Assembly: GCF_001457615.1 (NCBI RefSeq)
Contig: NZ_LN831024.1
Location: forward strand, 1,260,001 to 1,292,000
Direction of reading: 5' to 3'
DNA length: 32,000 nt
From: Pseudomonas aeruginosa
Lineage (GTDB): Bacteria; Pseudomonadota; Gammaproteobacteria; Pseudomonadales; Pseudomonadaceae
Shown: in pieces, positions 8,651 to 22,478 of the stretch
How the letters are laid out: the number at the start of each line of letters is the position of its first letter
Numbering within the stretch: position 1 is the first letter of the stretch
The notes under the pieces: model-generated
Told to the model about the DNA's origin: nothing
Databases searched by the model: none
Seen by the model: only the letters and a program-made list of their open reading frames with translations
Program-made: the position numbers and the translations under genes

Positions 8651-9189
8651 CTAAGCTGATCAGCAACGGCAAGGGCTACCCGACGGTAAAAGGCGTGCGT
8701 CCGATCATCGATCGCAGCCGGGACCCGCATTTCATGCGCGAGGCCCTGGCAGAGGCGGAAAAGGCCGCGGCCCTCGGCGAAGTGCCGGTGGGCGCGGTCC
8801 TGGTGCGCGAGGGCGAGATCATCGGGCGGGGCTTCAACCGGCCGATCAGTAGCCACGATCCCAGTGCCCACGCCGAAATGCTGGCGATCCGCATGGCAGC
8901 GGCGGAGGCGGGCAACTACCGGCTGCCAGGCAGCACCCTGTATGTGACCCTGGAACCCTGCAGCATGTGTTCCGGACTGCTGGTGCACGCACGCATCCAG
9001 CGCCTGGTGTACGGCACGGTCGAGCCCAAGTCGGGCGCAGTGGAAAGCCGTGGGCGATTCTTCGAGCAGGAGCATCTCAACCATAGGGTCATGGTCGAGG
9101 GTGGCGTGCTGGCGGAAGAATGCAGCCAGGCGCTCTCGGCGTTCTTCCGCGCGCGGCGCGAAGCGGCGAAGAAGCCTCGCGAAGACTGA
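8647..9189 (+). CDS. tadA: tRNA-specific adenosine(34) deaminase
   Basis: HAEMLAI and PCSMCSG zinc/deaminase motifs, GEVPVGAVLV. The GTG start is a guess; internal ATG starts such as MREALAEAEKAAALGEVPVGAVLV are possible. Confidence 0.9.
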   Translation: MTKLISNGKGYPTVKGVRPIIDRSRDPHFMREALAEAEKAAALGEVPVGAVLVREGEIIGRGFNRPISSHDPSAHAEMLAIRMAAAEAGNYRLPGSTLYVTLEPCSMCSGLLVHARIQRLVYGTVEPKSGAVESRGRFFEQEHLNHRVMVEGGVLAEECSQALSAFFRARREAAKKPRED

Positions 9190-9365
9190 CGGATGTTTCT
9201 CTTTTCGAACGCTCCGGCTGAAACGTTAAAGCACGTCCTAGCCCCTTCCTCTCCTTCAAAAGCCATCTGCATCAATTATTTATCCGGATATTTCGGACGA
9301 TCGGCATAGGCGTAAAGTCGTAGTCGCCGCGCGCTTCCTTCGTCGAATTGTGTGATATTTTGCAC

Positions 9366-9469
9366 GGCCGCTTGAGCAAGCGGCCCGCAGGCAATGGCTT
9401 CAGGTGAGAGCGAGCCCGCCTGCGGATACCCCCGCCGGACCGCGCAGCCGAAAAGCGCGGCCGGTCCGG
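9366..9469 (+). promoter_or_regulatory. Candidate structured 5' leader of the downstream permease gene
   Basis: Three successive GC-rich hairpins: GGCCGCTT-GAGC-AAGCGGCC; CCGCAGGC...GGCT...AGCC...GCCTGCGG; CCGGACC(GCGC...GCGC)...GGTCCGG. Confidence 0.4.
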
Positions 9470-9577
9470 AGGCGTCCGCGATTCCCGGCCCTGCATTGTC
9501 CTCGAAGAAGGCCATCGGTACGGCGGTCCTGGCCGCCTCCCGCACAATGCCAATTCGAAATGCAGGGAGTTGTTGTC

Positions 9578-10834
9578 ATGAGTGATACCCGGGTCCAGCA
9601 GTATCAGGATCACGCCGGGGCGGAAGCCGTCGATTCCTCGGGACTGGAGGTCAAGCGCCTGACGTTCCTCGAGGCGGTGGCGATGATCGTCGGAACCAAC
9701 ATCGGCGCAGGCGTGCTGTCCATGGCCTACGCCAGCCGCAAGGCCGGCTTCATGCCATTGCTGCTCTGGCTGGCGGTGGCCGGCCTGTTCACCACCATTT
9801 CCATGCTCTACGTCTCGGAAACCGCCCTGCGCACGCGCACCCACAACCAGTTGAGCGGCCTTGCCCAGCGCTATGTCGGCTCCTTCGGCGCCTGGGCGAT
9901 CTTCCTGTCCGTGGCGGTCAACAGCATCGGCGCGCTGATCGCCTACATGAGCGGCAGCGGCAAGATCCTCAGCGCCTTCTTCGGTATCAGCCCGGCCCTG
10001 GGCAGCGTGCTGTTCTTCATTCCGGCCGCCGGCGTGCTGTACCTGGGGCTGAGCGCCATCGGCAAGGGCGAGAAGTTCATCAGCATCGGCATGGTCAGCA
10101 TGATCCTGATCCTGGTGGCGGCCACCCTGCTCAACGACAACACCGAGTTCGCCCGTCTGCTCGACGGCGACTGGATCTACATGGTGCCGGTATTCAACAT
10201 CGCGGTGTTCTGCTTCTCCGCCCAGTACATCGTCCCGGAGATGGCCCGTGGTTTCAGCCACGCCCCGGAGCGCCTGCCGAAGGCGGTGATCACCGGGATG
10301 CTGACCACCTTCGTCCTGCTCAGCATCGTGCCGCTCTCGGTGATCGCCCTGACCGGCCTGGAGAACCAGTCCGAAGTCGCCACCCTGGCCTGGGGCAAGG
10401 CGCTCGGCGAATGGGCCTTCTTCACCGCCAACACCTTCGCCCTGTGCGCCATGCTGACGTCCTACTGGGGCCTGGGCGGTAGCTTCCTGACCAACATCTT
10501 CGACAAGTTCCACAAGCTCGGTCCGGAGAACCGGCCGAAGACCCGCCTGCTGGTGCTGGCGATCGTCGCGCTGCCGCCGTTCGTCCTGGCCTACAGCGGG
10601 CTGGTCGGCTTCGTCAACGCGTTGTACTTCGCCGGGGCCTTCAGCGGGGTGATTCTCTCGATCATGCCGATCCTGATGCTGCGCTCGGCGCGTAGGAACG
10701 GCGACTTCGAGCCGGCCTGGAAATGCGGCTGGATCGCCCATCCGGCGATCCAGGCGGTGATCGTGACGATCTACCTGGCCAGCGCCGCCTACGCCATTTG
10801 TAGCGCCATGAACCTGCTGCCGGCCGGCTGGTAG
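9578..10834 (+). CDS. Amino-acid permease of the aromatic amino acid / HAAAP (Tyr/Trp) type
   Basis: MSDTRVQQYQDHAGAEAVDSSGLEVKRLTFLEAVAMIVGTNIGAGVLSMAYASRKAGF: GTNIGAGVL motif and many transmembrane segments. Confidence 0.88.
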   Translation: MSDTRVQQYQDHAGAEAVDSSGLEVKRLTFLEAVAMIVGTNIGAGVLSMAYASRKAGFMPLLLWLAVAGLFTTISMLYVSETALRTRTHNQLSGLAQRYVGSFGAWAIFLSVAVNSIGALIAYMSGSGKILSAFFGISPALGSVLFFIPAAGVLYLGLSAIGKGEKFISIGMVSMILILVAATLLNDNTEFARLLDGDWIYMVPVFNIAVFCFSAQYIVPEMARGFSHAPERLPKAVITGMLTTFVLLSIVPLSVIALTGLENQSEVATLAWGKALGEWAFFTANTFALCAMLTSYWGLGGSFLTNIFDKFHKLGPENRPKTRLLVLAIVALPPFVLAYSGLVGFVNALYFAGAFSGVILSIMPILMLRSARRNGDFEPAWKCGWIAHPAIQAVIVTIYLASAAYAICSAMNLLPAGW

Positions 10835-10851
10835 GTCATCGCTGCCGGAAG

Positions 10852-10875
10852 AGGCCGCCATAGGGCGGCCTTTTT
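10852..10875 (+). terminator. Rho-independent terminator after the permease gene
   Basis: AGGCCGCC - ATAG - GGCGGCCT followed by TTTT. Confidence 0.88.
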
Positions 10876-10959
10876 CATGGGATTTATTTTATCCGGATAA
10901 TATTGTCGCTCTATTTATATCCGGGTATTATTCGGGCGTTCCATCCATGGGAGCCTGTC

Positions 10960-11544
10960 ATGGCCAATGATCCATACATCCAATCCTTCACCTGCTTCGA
11001 CGGCACGCGCCGGCTGCTGACGGCGGCGCTGCCGGAGGTCGCGCTGGCCTTGAAGCAAGCGGTCGCCGGCGGTGCTGCCGGGCCGCTGCTGGTGTTCGAC
11101 AATGCCACTGGGCGCTCCGTCGATTTCGATATCCGCGGTTCCCGCGAGGACCTGCTGGCACGCCTGGTCGGCGCAGGCGAGCGGCAACCGGCGGAGGAGG
11201 CCGCGCCGCGCGGGCGCGGGCGGCCGAAGCTGGGCGTGGTGGCGCGCGAGGTGACCTTGCTGCCGCGCCACTGGGAATGGCTCGCCGCGCAGCCCGGGGG
11301 CGCCTCGGTGGCGCTGCGCAAGCTGGTCGAGGAGGCGCGCCGCAGCCAGTCCGGGCGTGCGCGGCAGGCGCAGGAGCGCGCCTACCATTTCATGAATGCG
11401 ATGGCCGGCGACCTGCCGGGCTTCGAGGAGGCGACGCGGGCGCTGTTCGCCGGGGATCGCGAGGGCTTCGCCGAGCGGATCGCCGGCTGGCCGACCGATG
11501 TGCGCGAGCACGCCGCCTGGCTGGCAAGCGACGGAGAATCCTGA
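10960..11544 (+). CDS. DUF2239-family protein
   Basis: MANDPYIQSFTCFDGTRRLLTAALPEVALALKQ... with RGRGRPKLGVVAREVTLLPRHWEWLAAQPGGASVALRKLVEEAR, recognised as DUF2239-like. Confidence 0.8.
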   Translation: MANDPYIQSFTCFDGTRRLLTAALPEVALALKQAVAGGAAGPLLVFDNATGRSVDFDIRGSREDLLARLVGAGERQPAEEAAPRGRGRPKLGVVAREVTLLPRHWEWLAAQPGGASVALRKLVEEARRSQSGRARQAQERAYHFMNAMAGDLPGFEEATRALFAGDREGFAERIAGWPTDVREHAAWLASDGES

Positions 11545-11557
11545 GGGGAGGGGGCGG

Positions 11558-17213
<5,656 letters not shown>

Positions 17214-17219
17214 TCCGGC

Positions 17220-17498
17220 ATGGCGGGCGATGCGGACTCCAACTCGTCGCCCGACCTTCTTCCCGAGGTTCGCCGGGTCTCTCCCGGCGACACCTTGCGG
17301 CTCTGTACCTGCGGGGCTTCGGCTTCGCTTCCCGATTGTCCCGCCGACTGCCGCAACGGCCTGACGCTCCACGCGACCCGCGAGCGCCTGTTGCTGTTGT
17401 GCCGCTGCGGGCGCTCCGCCGACCTGCCGTATTGCGACGGCAGCCATGCGCCTTCCGCCTCCGGGCTGAAGGCCAGGTGGCGGCGTTTCCGCGGCTGA
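17220..17498 (+). CDS. CDGSH-type iron-sulfur domain protein with a duplicated motif
   Basis: Canonical CRCGRSADLPYCDGSHA plus an upstream CTCGASASLPDCPADC with the same spacing. Confidence 0.85.
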   Translation: MAGDADSNSSPDLLPEVRRVSPGDTLRLCTCGASASLPDCPADCRNGLTLHATRERLLLLCRCGRSADLPYCDGSHAPSASGLKARWRRFRG

Positions 17499-17677
17499 GC
17501 GTAAATCTGTGAACGCCCGCACGAAGGTGTTGTGACGAGCGAACAAATGTTGCGCTTATCTGTCGTAAAGGCAGCGTCAAATATTCATCATGTCAAGGCA
17601 AAGTGCCATTATTTGGCGTCGGCAGTCGCACAACCACCGACCGCCTCGTGCAGCATTCGATTCGTGCGGAGAAAACG

Positions 17678-17995
17678 ATGTACAAGCTGTGTTTCTATGT
17701 GCCTGAGAGCCATCTGGATGTCGTCAAGCAAGCGGTGTTCGCCGCGGGTGGCGGGCGCATCGGGGCGTACGACAGTTGCTGCTGGCAGTCCCTTGGCCAG
17801 GGCCAGTTCCGGCCCCTGGACGGTAGCCAACCCTACCTGGGCCAGGTCGGCCAGGTCGAGCACGTGGCGGAGTGGAAAGTGGAGCTGGTGGTGGCCGACG
17901 AGCTCATCCACGCCAGCGTCAAGGCGCTGAAGGCGGCGCATCCCTATGAGACCCCGGCCTACGAAGTCTGGCGCCTGACCGACATGGTCTTCTGA
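17678..17995 (+). CDS. Small NIF3/YqfO C-terminal-like protein
   Basis: MYKLCFYVPESHLDVVKQAVFAAGGGRIGAYDSCCWQSLGQGQFRPLDGSQPYLGQVGQVEHVAEWKVELVV...HPYETPAYEVWRL, characteristic of this family. Confidence 0.85.
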   Translation: MYKLCFYVPESHLDVVKQAVFAAGGGRIGAYDSCCWQSLGQGQFRPLDGSQPYLGQVGQVEHVAEWKVELVVADELIHASVKALKAAHPYETPAYEVWRLTDMVF

Positions 17996-18015
17996 GTTTT
18001 CCTCGGACAAGCAAG

Positions 18016-18040
18016 AAGGGCGGCCAGTTGCCGCCCTTTT
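18016..18040. terminator. Rho-independent terminator after the YqfO-like gene
   Basis: AAGGGCGGC - CAGTT - GCCGCCCTT followed by TT. Confidence 0.88.
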
Positions 18041-18071
18041 CGTTATCCGCCTCACGGGGAGAGCCCGACCC

Positions 18072-18175
18072 GGGGCTGTGGCGTGGCGCGAACAACCGCT
18101 TCGCGATTATCGAACCCGAACGGGGGAGCTGTGGCGTAGGGCGAATAACCGCTTGGCGGTTATCCGCCGATTGGC
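18072..18175. repeat. Two imperfect tandem copies of an approximately 53-bp intergenic repeat containing a hairpin (REP-like)
   Basis: GGGGCTGTGGCGTGGCGCGAACAACCGCTTCGCGATTATCGAAC followed by GGGAGCTGTGGCGTAGGGCGAATAACCGCTTGGCGGTTATCCGCC. Confidence 0.7.
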
Positions 18176-18196
18176 CGAGGTCCAGCCCTCCTGCCG

Positions 18197-19909
18197 TCAG
18201 CGCCGCAGTAGCGGTTGCAGGGCCTGGCTCAGGGCCGCGGCGCGGGGGCCCACCAGGATATGGCAGATGCCGCCGGCGAGGGAGCTGACGCCCTGTCCGC
18301 CGAGACGACGCAGTTGCTCGGTGGCCAGCTTGCGTTCGTCCGCCACGCTGACCCGCAGGCGGGTCAGTGCGACGTCCCGTACCTCGCGCAGGTTGCCGGC
18401 GCCGCCGAGGGCGCCGAGCCAGGCCTGGGCTTCGGCGGCGTCGACGGTGGCCTGCATCGACACCACCTCTTCGGCTGCGTTCGGACTGCCCAGCGGCGGT
18501 ACGGCTTCGCCCGGTTGCGTATCGAAGGGCAGGGCGCGGCGGATCTCGTCGGCGATGCTGTCGGCCTGTGGGCCGACCACCACCTGCAGGCTGCCGGCCT
18601 TGCCCGGACGTACCACGGCCATCGCACCGAGGGCCTTGAGCTGGGCGTCCGAGGCCTTGTCGCGGTCGACCAGGCGCAGACGCAGGCGCGTGGTGCAGGC
18701 GTCCACCACTTCGAGGTTGGCTGCGCCACCCAGGGCGCGGATGAATGCCGGGGCGCGCTCGGCTTCGGCGTTGTCGCCCGATTCGCTGCTCGCGTCGTCT
18801 TCGCGGCCCGGGGTCTTCAGGTTGAAGCGGCGGATGCAGAAGTCGAACACCAGGTAATAGATGCCGGCATAGAGCAGGCCCAGCGGCCAGAGCATCCAGC
18901 CGTGGGTGGAACGGCCCCAGCCCAGGGCGAGGTCGATGGCGCCACCGGAGAAGGTGAAGCCGAGGCGGATGTCGAGCAGGTCGGTGAGGGCCATGGACAG
19001 GCCGGTGAGCAGCGCATGCAGCAGGTAGAGCAGCGGCGCGAGGAACATGAAGGCGAACTCCACCGGCTCGGTGACGCCGGTGAGGAAGGCGGTCAAGGCC
19101 ATCGACAGGAGCAGCCCGCCGATCAGCTTGCGCCGCTCCGGACGGGCGTTGCGGTACATCGCCAGGCAGGCGGCGGGCAGGCCGAACATCATCACCGGGA
19201 ACATCCCGGCCATGAACTGGCCGCCCTTCGGGTCGCCGGCGAAATAGCGCGCCAGGTCGCCGGTGACGACGCGCCCGGTTTCCGGGTCGGTGAAGCTGCC
19301 GAAGACGAACCACACCAGGTTGTTGAGGATGTGGTGCAACCCGGTGACGATCAGCAGGCGGTTCAGCACGCCGAAGGCGAAGGCGCCGAAGCTGCCGCTT
19401 TCCAGCATGAGTTGGCCGAGGCCGTTGATGCCCTGTTGCAGCGGTGGCCAGATCACCCCGAACAGCAGGCCCAGGCAGACCGCGCTGATCCCGGTGGCGA
19501 TCGGCACGAAGCGGCGGCCGCCGAAGAACGCCAGGTATTCCGGCAGCTTCACGTCCTTGAAGCGGTTATACAGGGCGCCAGCCACCAGGCCGCTGATGAT
19601 GCCGGAGAGCACGCCCATGTCGATGCCCGGATCGATCACCTTGAGCACCGAGATCATCACCAGGTAGCCGATGGCGCCGGCGAGGCCGGCGGTGCCATTG
19701 TTGTCGCGAGCGAAACCGACGGCGATGCCGATGGCGAAGATCAGCGCCAGGTTGGCGAAGATCGCCTTGCCGGCGTCGTGGACCAGCGGAATGTCGAGCA
19801 GGTCGACGTCGCCCAGGCGCAGCAGCAGGCCGGCGATCGGCAGGATCGCGATCGGCAGCATCAGGGCGCGGCCCAGGCGTTGCAGGCTTTCGATCAGGAA
19901 CGGGGGCAT
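18197..19909 (-). CDS. nagE: N-acetylglucosamine-specific PTS EIIC-EIIB, with an extra C-terminal EIIB-like domain
   Basis: EIIC N-terminus LMLPIAILPIAGLLLRLG...DNNGTAGLAG; EIIB VDACTTRLRLRLVD; position in the nag operon. Confidence 0.92.
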   Translation of the reverse strand: MPPFLIESLQRLGRALMLPIAILPIAGLLLRLGDVDLLDIPLVHDAGKAIFANLALIFAIGIAVGFARDNNGTAGLAGAIGYLVMISVLKVIDPGIDMGVLSGIISGLVAGALYNRFKDVKLPEYLAFFGGRRFVPIATGISAVCLGLLFGVIWPPLQQGINGLGQLMLESGSFGAFAFGVLNRLLIVTGLHHILNNLVWFVFGSFTDPETGRVVTGDLARYFAGDPKGGQFMAGMFPVMMFGLPAACLAMYRNARPERRKLIGGLLLSMALTAFLTGVTEPVEFAFMFLAPLLYLLHALLTGLSMALTDLLDIRLGFTFSGGAIDLALGWGRSTHGWMLWPLGLLYAGIYYLVFDFCIRRFNLKTPGREDDASSESGDNAEAERAPAFIRALGGAANLEVVDACTTRLRLRLVDRDKASDAQLKALGAMAVVRPGKAGSLQVVVGPQADSIADEIRRALPFDTQPGEAVPPLGSPNAAEEVVSMQATVDAAEAQAWLGALGGAGNLREVRDVALTRLRVSVADERKLATEQLRRLGGQGVSSLAGGICHILVGPRAAALSQALQPLLRR

Positions 19910-19933
19910 GGCGGTGGTCTCCGATTGTTCTTG

Positions 19934-22462
19934 TCAGGCCAGCGGCCAGTGTTGCAGGCAGGCGTCGCGCACCGCCCGGGCGCTGCCCAGGTCCAGTAGC
20001 GCCTGGGCGTGGCGGCGGCATTCAGCGGCGTCGAGCTGGCGCACCCGGGTCTTGATCTCGCCGACCAGGTTCGGCCCGACGGACAATTCCTCGACCCCGA
20101 GGCCGACCAGTACCGGTGTCGCCAGCGGGTCCGAGGCCAGCGCACCGCAGACGCCGACCCAGCGGCCGTGGCGGGCTGCTCCGGCGCAGGTCTGGGCGAT
20201 CAGCCGCAGCAGCGCCGGGTGCAGGGCGTCGATGCGGTCGGCCAGGCCGGCGTGGCAACGGTCCATGGCCAGGGCGTACTGCGACAGGTCGTTGGTGCCG
20301 ATGGAGAGGAAGTCGGCGTGTTCGGCCAGTTGATCGGCGAGCAGGGCGGCGGAGGGCACTTCGATCATCACCCCGAGTTCGGGCAGGCGCTCGATCCCCA
20401 ACTGCGTGGCCAGCTCGCCGAGGCGGCGACGGATGGCGCGCAGTTCGTCGACCTCGCTGACCATCGGCAGCAGTATCCGGCAGCGTTCCAGTGGTTCGAC
20501 CCTCAGCAGCGCGCGCAACTGCTGGTCGAGCAGCTCCGGGCGCGCCTGGCCGAGGCGGATGCCGCGCAGGCCCAGTGCTGGGTTTTCTTCCACCGGCAGC
20601 GGCAGGTAGTCGAGGTGCTTGTCGCCGCCGACATCGATGGTGCGGATGATCACCTTGCGCTGGCCCATGGCGTCCAGGACCTCCTGGTAGGCGTTGCGCT
20701 GCTCCTCTTCGTCGGGCGCGGCGCGGCGCTCGAGGAAGAGAAACTCGGTGCGTAGCAGGCCGACCCCGTCGGCGCCGTTGGCGAAGGCTTCGGCGGCCTC
20801 GCGCGGCGAGGCGACGTTGGCGCCGATCTCGATGCGCCGGCCGTCGCGGGTGAGCGCCTCGCGCTGCGCATCGGCCTGTTGGCGGCGGTGTTGTTCCTCG
20901 CGCTGCGCCACTTGCAAGGCGACCTGCTCCAGGCGTCGAGCGTCGGGGCTGAGTTCCAGCCGGCCCTGGCCGGCGTCCAGTACTACCTGCCGGCCTTCCT
21001 CCAGCTCCAGCAGCCCGGCGCCGAGCGCCACCAGGCACGGCAGGCCCTTGCTACGGGCGAGGATGGCCACGTGGGAGGTGGCGCCGCCTTCGGCCATGCA
21101 CAGGCCAGCCGCGCCGGCATCCACCAGCGGCGCGAGGTCGGAGGGGGTGATCTCCCGGGCGGCGACGATGGCCCCAGCAGGCACCCGCAACGGTGCGGTG
21201 TCGCCGAGCAGCACCCGCAGCACGCGTTTTTCCAGGTCGCGCAGGTCGTTGGCGCGCTCGGCCAGCAGCAGGTTGCCCAGCGCCTGGAGAATCTCGCACT
21301 GGGCCTGAATCGCCCGGTGCCAGGCGTGGGCGGCGCCGACGCCCTGGTCGATCAGCATGTCGGCGGCGTCCAGCAGACCCGGGTCTTCCAGCAGCGCGAG
21401 ATGCGCGGAAAAGATCGCCGCTTCGTTCTCGTCGCCGCCGAGCCTGGCCTGCTGCAGGCTCCCCTGTACGTCGTCGCGCACCCGTTGCAGGGCCTGGTCC
21501 AGGGCGAGGTGCTGTTCCTCGGGACGATGCCGGCCGTCATCCGCCGGCAGGCTGATGGCGCCGAGCCGCGCCAGGGGACCGCTGGCCAGGCCGGGCGAAG
21601 CGCAGACGCCGGCCAGGGTACCGGCGACAGCCGCAGGTCGCGCCGGCTCGCCCGGGGCGATGGCGCGCGGGGCCTCCTTCGGAGCCCCCGCGGTGGCGCT
21701 GGCGAGGGCCGCGAGCAGGGCGTCGAGGGCCGCCTCGCTGTCTTCGCCGCGACAGATCACCTCTACCTCGTCCTGTTCGGCGACCCCCAGGCCCATGATG
21801 CCGACCAGGCTGTCGACGCTGGCCACCTGCCCGGCGAAGTGCAGTTCGGCCTGGCTGGAAAAGCCCTGCGCGGTCTTCCGTAGCAGCGCTGCCGGGCGTG
21901 CGTGCAGACCGCCATGATGGGCGACCCGCGCCCGCCCGCGGACCTGGCGCTGCGCGGAGCCTTCGCCAGGCGCGGGATTGGCCGGACGTTGCTCGGCCTT
22001 CTCCGGACTCAGTTGCAGGAGCGGCGCGCCGACCTCCACCGGGTTGGTGGTCAGCGGGCGTACCTGGAAGCCGTCGCCGTTGGTCAGGATCATCACCGTG
22101 ATCAGACTGCGGCTGCCGCGGGCGACGCGGTCCAGGTCGAAGCGCAGCAGCGGCTGGCCCTCGATCACCCGCGCACCTTCCTCGACCAGCGCCTCGAAGC
22201 CTTCGCCTTGCAGCTGTACGGTGTCGAGGCCGACGTGCAGCAGCAGCTCGGCACCGTTGTCGGCGCGCAGGCTGAGCGCGTGGCGGGTTCGCGCCAGGTG
22301 GCTGACCAGCCCGGCGCAGGGCGCGTGCAGGCAGTCGTTGAGCGGGTCGATGGCGATGCCTTCGCCCAGGGTGCCGCTGGAAAACACCGGGTCGGGTACT
22401 CGGTTGAGCGGCATCACGGGGCCGCTCAGGGGCGCTTTGAGGGCGAGATTCTTGTTGTTCAT
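19934..22462 (-). CDS. nagF: Multiphosphoryl transfer protein EIIA-HPr-EI
   Basis: EIIA AELLLHVGLDTVQLQG; HPr HHGLHARPAALLRK; EI GGATSHVAILARSKGLPCLVALG and FLSIGTNDLSQYALAMDR. Confidence 0.94.
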   Translation of the reverse strand: MNNKNLALKAPLSGPVMPLNRVPDPVFSSGTLGEGIAIDPLNDCLHAPCAGLVSHLARTRHALSLRADNGAELLLHVGLDTVQLQGEGFEALVEEGARVIEGQPLLRFDLDRVARGSRSLITVMILTNGDGFQVRPLTTNPVEVGAPLLQLSPEKAEQRPANPAPGEGSAQRQVRGRARVAHHGGLHARPAALLRKTAQGFSSQAELHFAGQVASVDSLVGIMGLGVAEQDEVEVICRGEDSEAALDALLAALASATAGAPKEAPRAIAPGEPARPAAVAGTLAGVCASPGLASGPLARLGAISLPADDGRHRPEEQHLALDQALQRVRDDVQGSLQQARLGGDENEAAIFSAHLALLEDPGLLDAADMLIDQGVGAAHAWHRAIQAQCEILQALGNLLLAERANDLRDLEKRVLRVLLGDTAPLRVPAGAIVAAREITPSDLAPLVDAGAAGLCMAEGGATSHVAILARSKGLPCLVALGAGLLELEEGRQVVLDAGQGRLELSPDARRLEQVALQVAQREEQHRRQQADAQREALTRDGRRIEIGANVASPREAAEAFANGADGVGLLRTEFLFLERRAAPDEEEQRNAYQEVLDAMGQRKVIIRTIDVGGDKHLDYLPLPVEENPALGLRGIRLGQARPELLDQQLRALLRVEPLERCRILLPMVSEVDELRAIRRRLGELATQLGIERLPELGVMIEVPSAALLADQLAEHADFLSIGTNDLSQYALAMDRCHAGLADRIDALHPALLRLIAQTCAGAARHGRWVGVCGALASDPLATPVLVGLGVEELSVGPNLVGEIKTRVRQLDAAECRRHAQALLDLGSARAVRDACLQHWPLA

Positions 22463-22478
22463 GGGCGCGCGCTCAGGC

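Noticed and set aside
9366-9469. Glycine, SAM, TPP or guanidine riboswitch in the permease leader
   Set aside because: Strong hairpins are present but consensus core motifs of these classes are not, so no class is claimed.
9272-10861. 529-aa minus-strand ORF opposite the permease gene
   Set aside because: Low-complexity shadow translation; the sense frame has clear transporter features and its own terminator.
18215-19999. 594-aa plus-strand ORF opposite nagE
   Set aside because: Mirror frame of nagE, rich in Gln/His/Glu repeats and without recognisable motifs.
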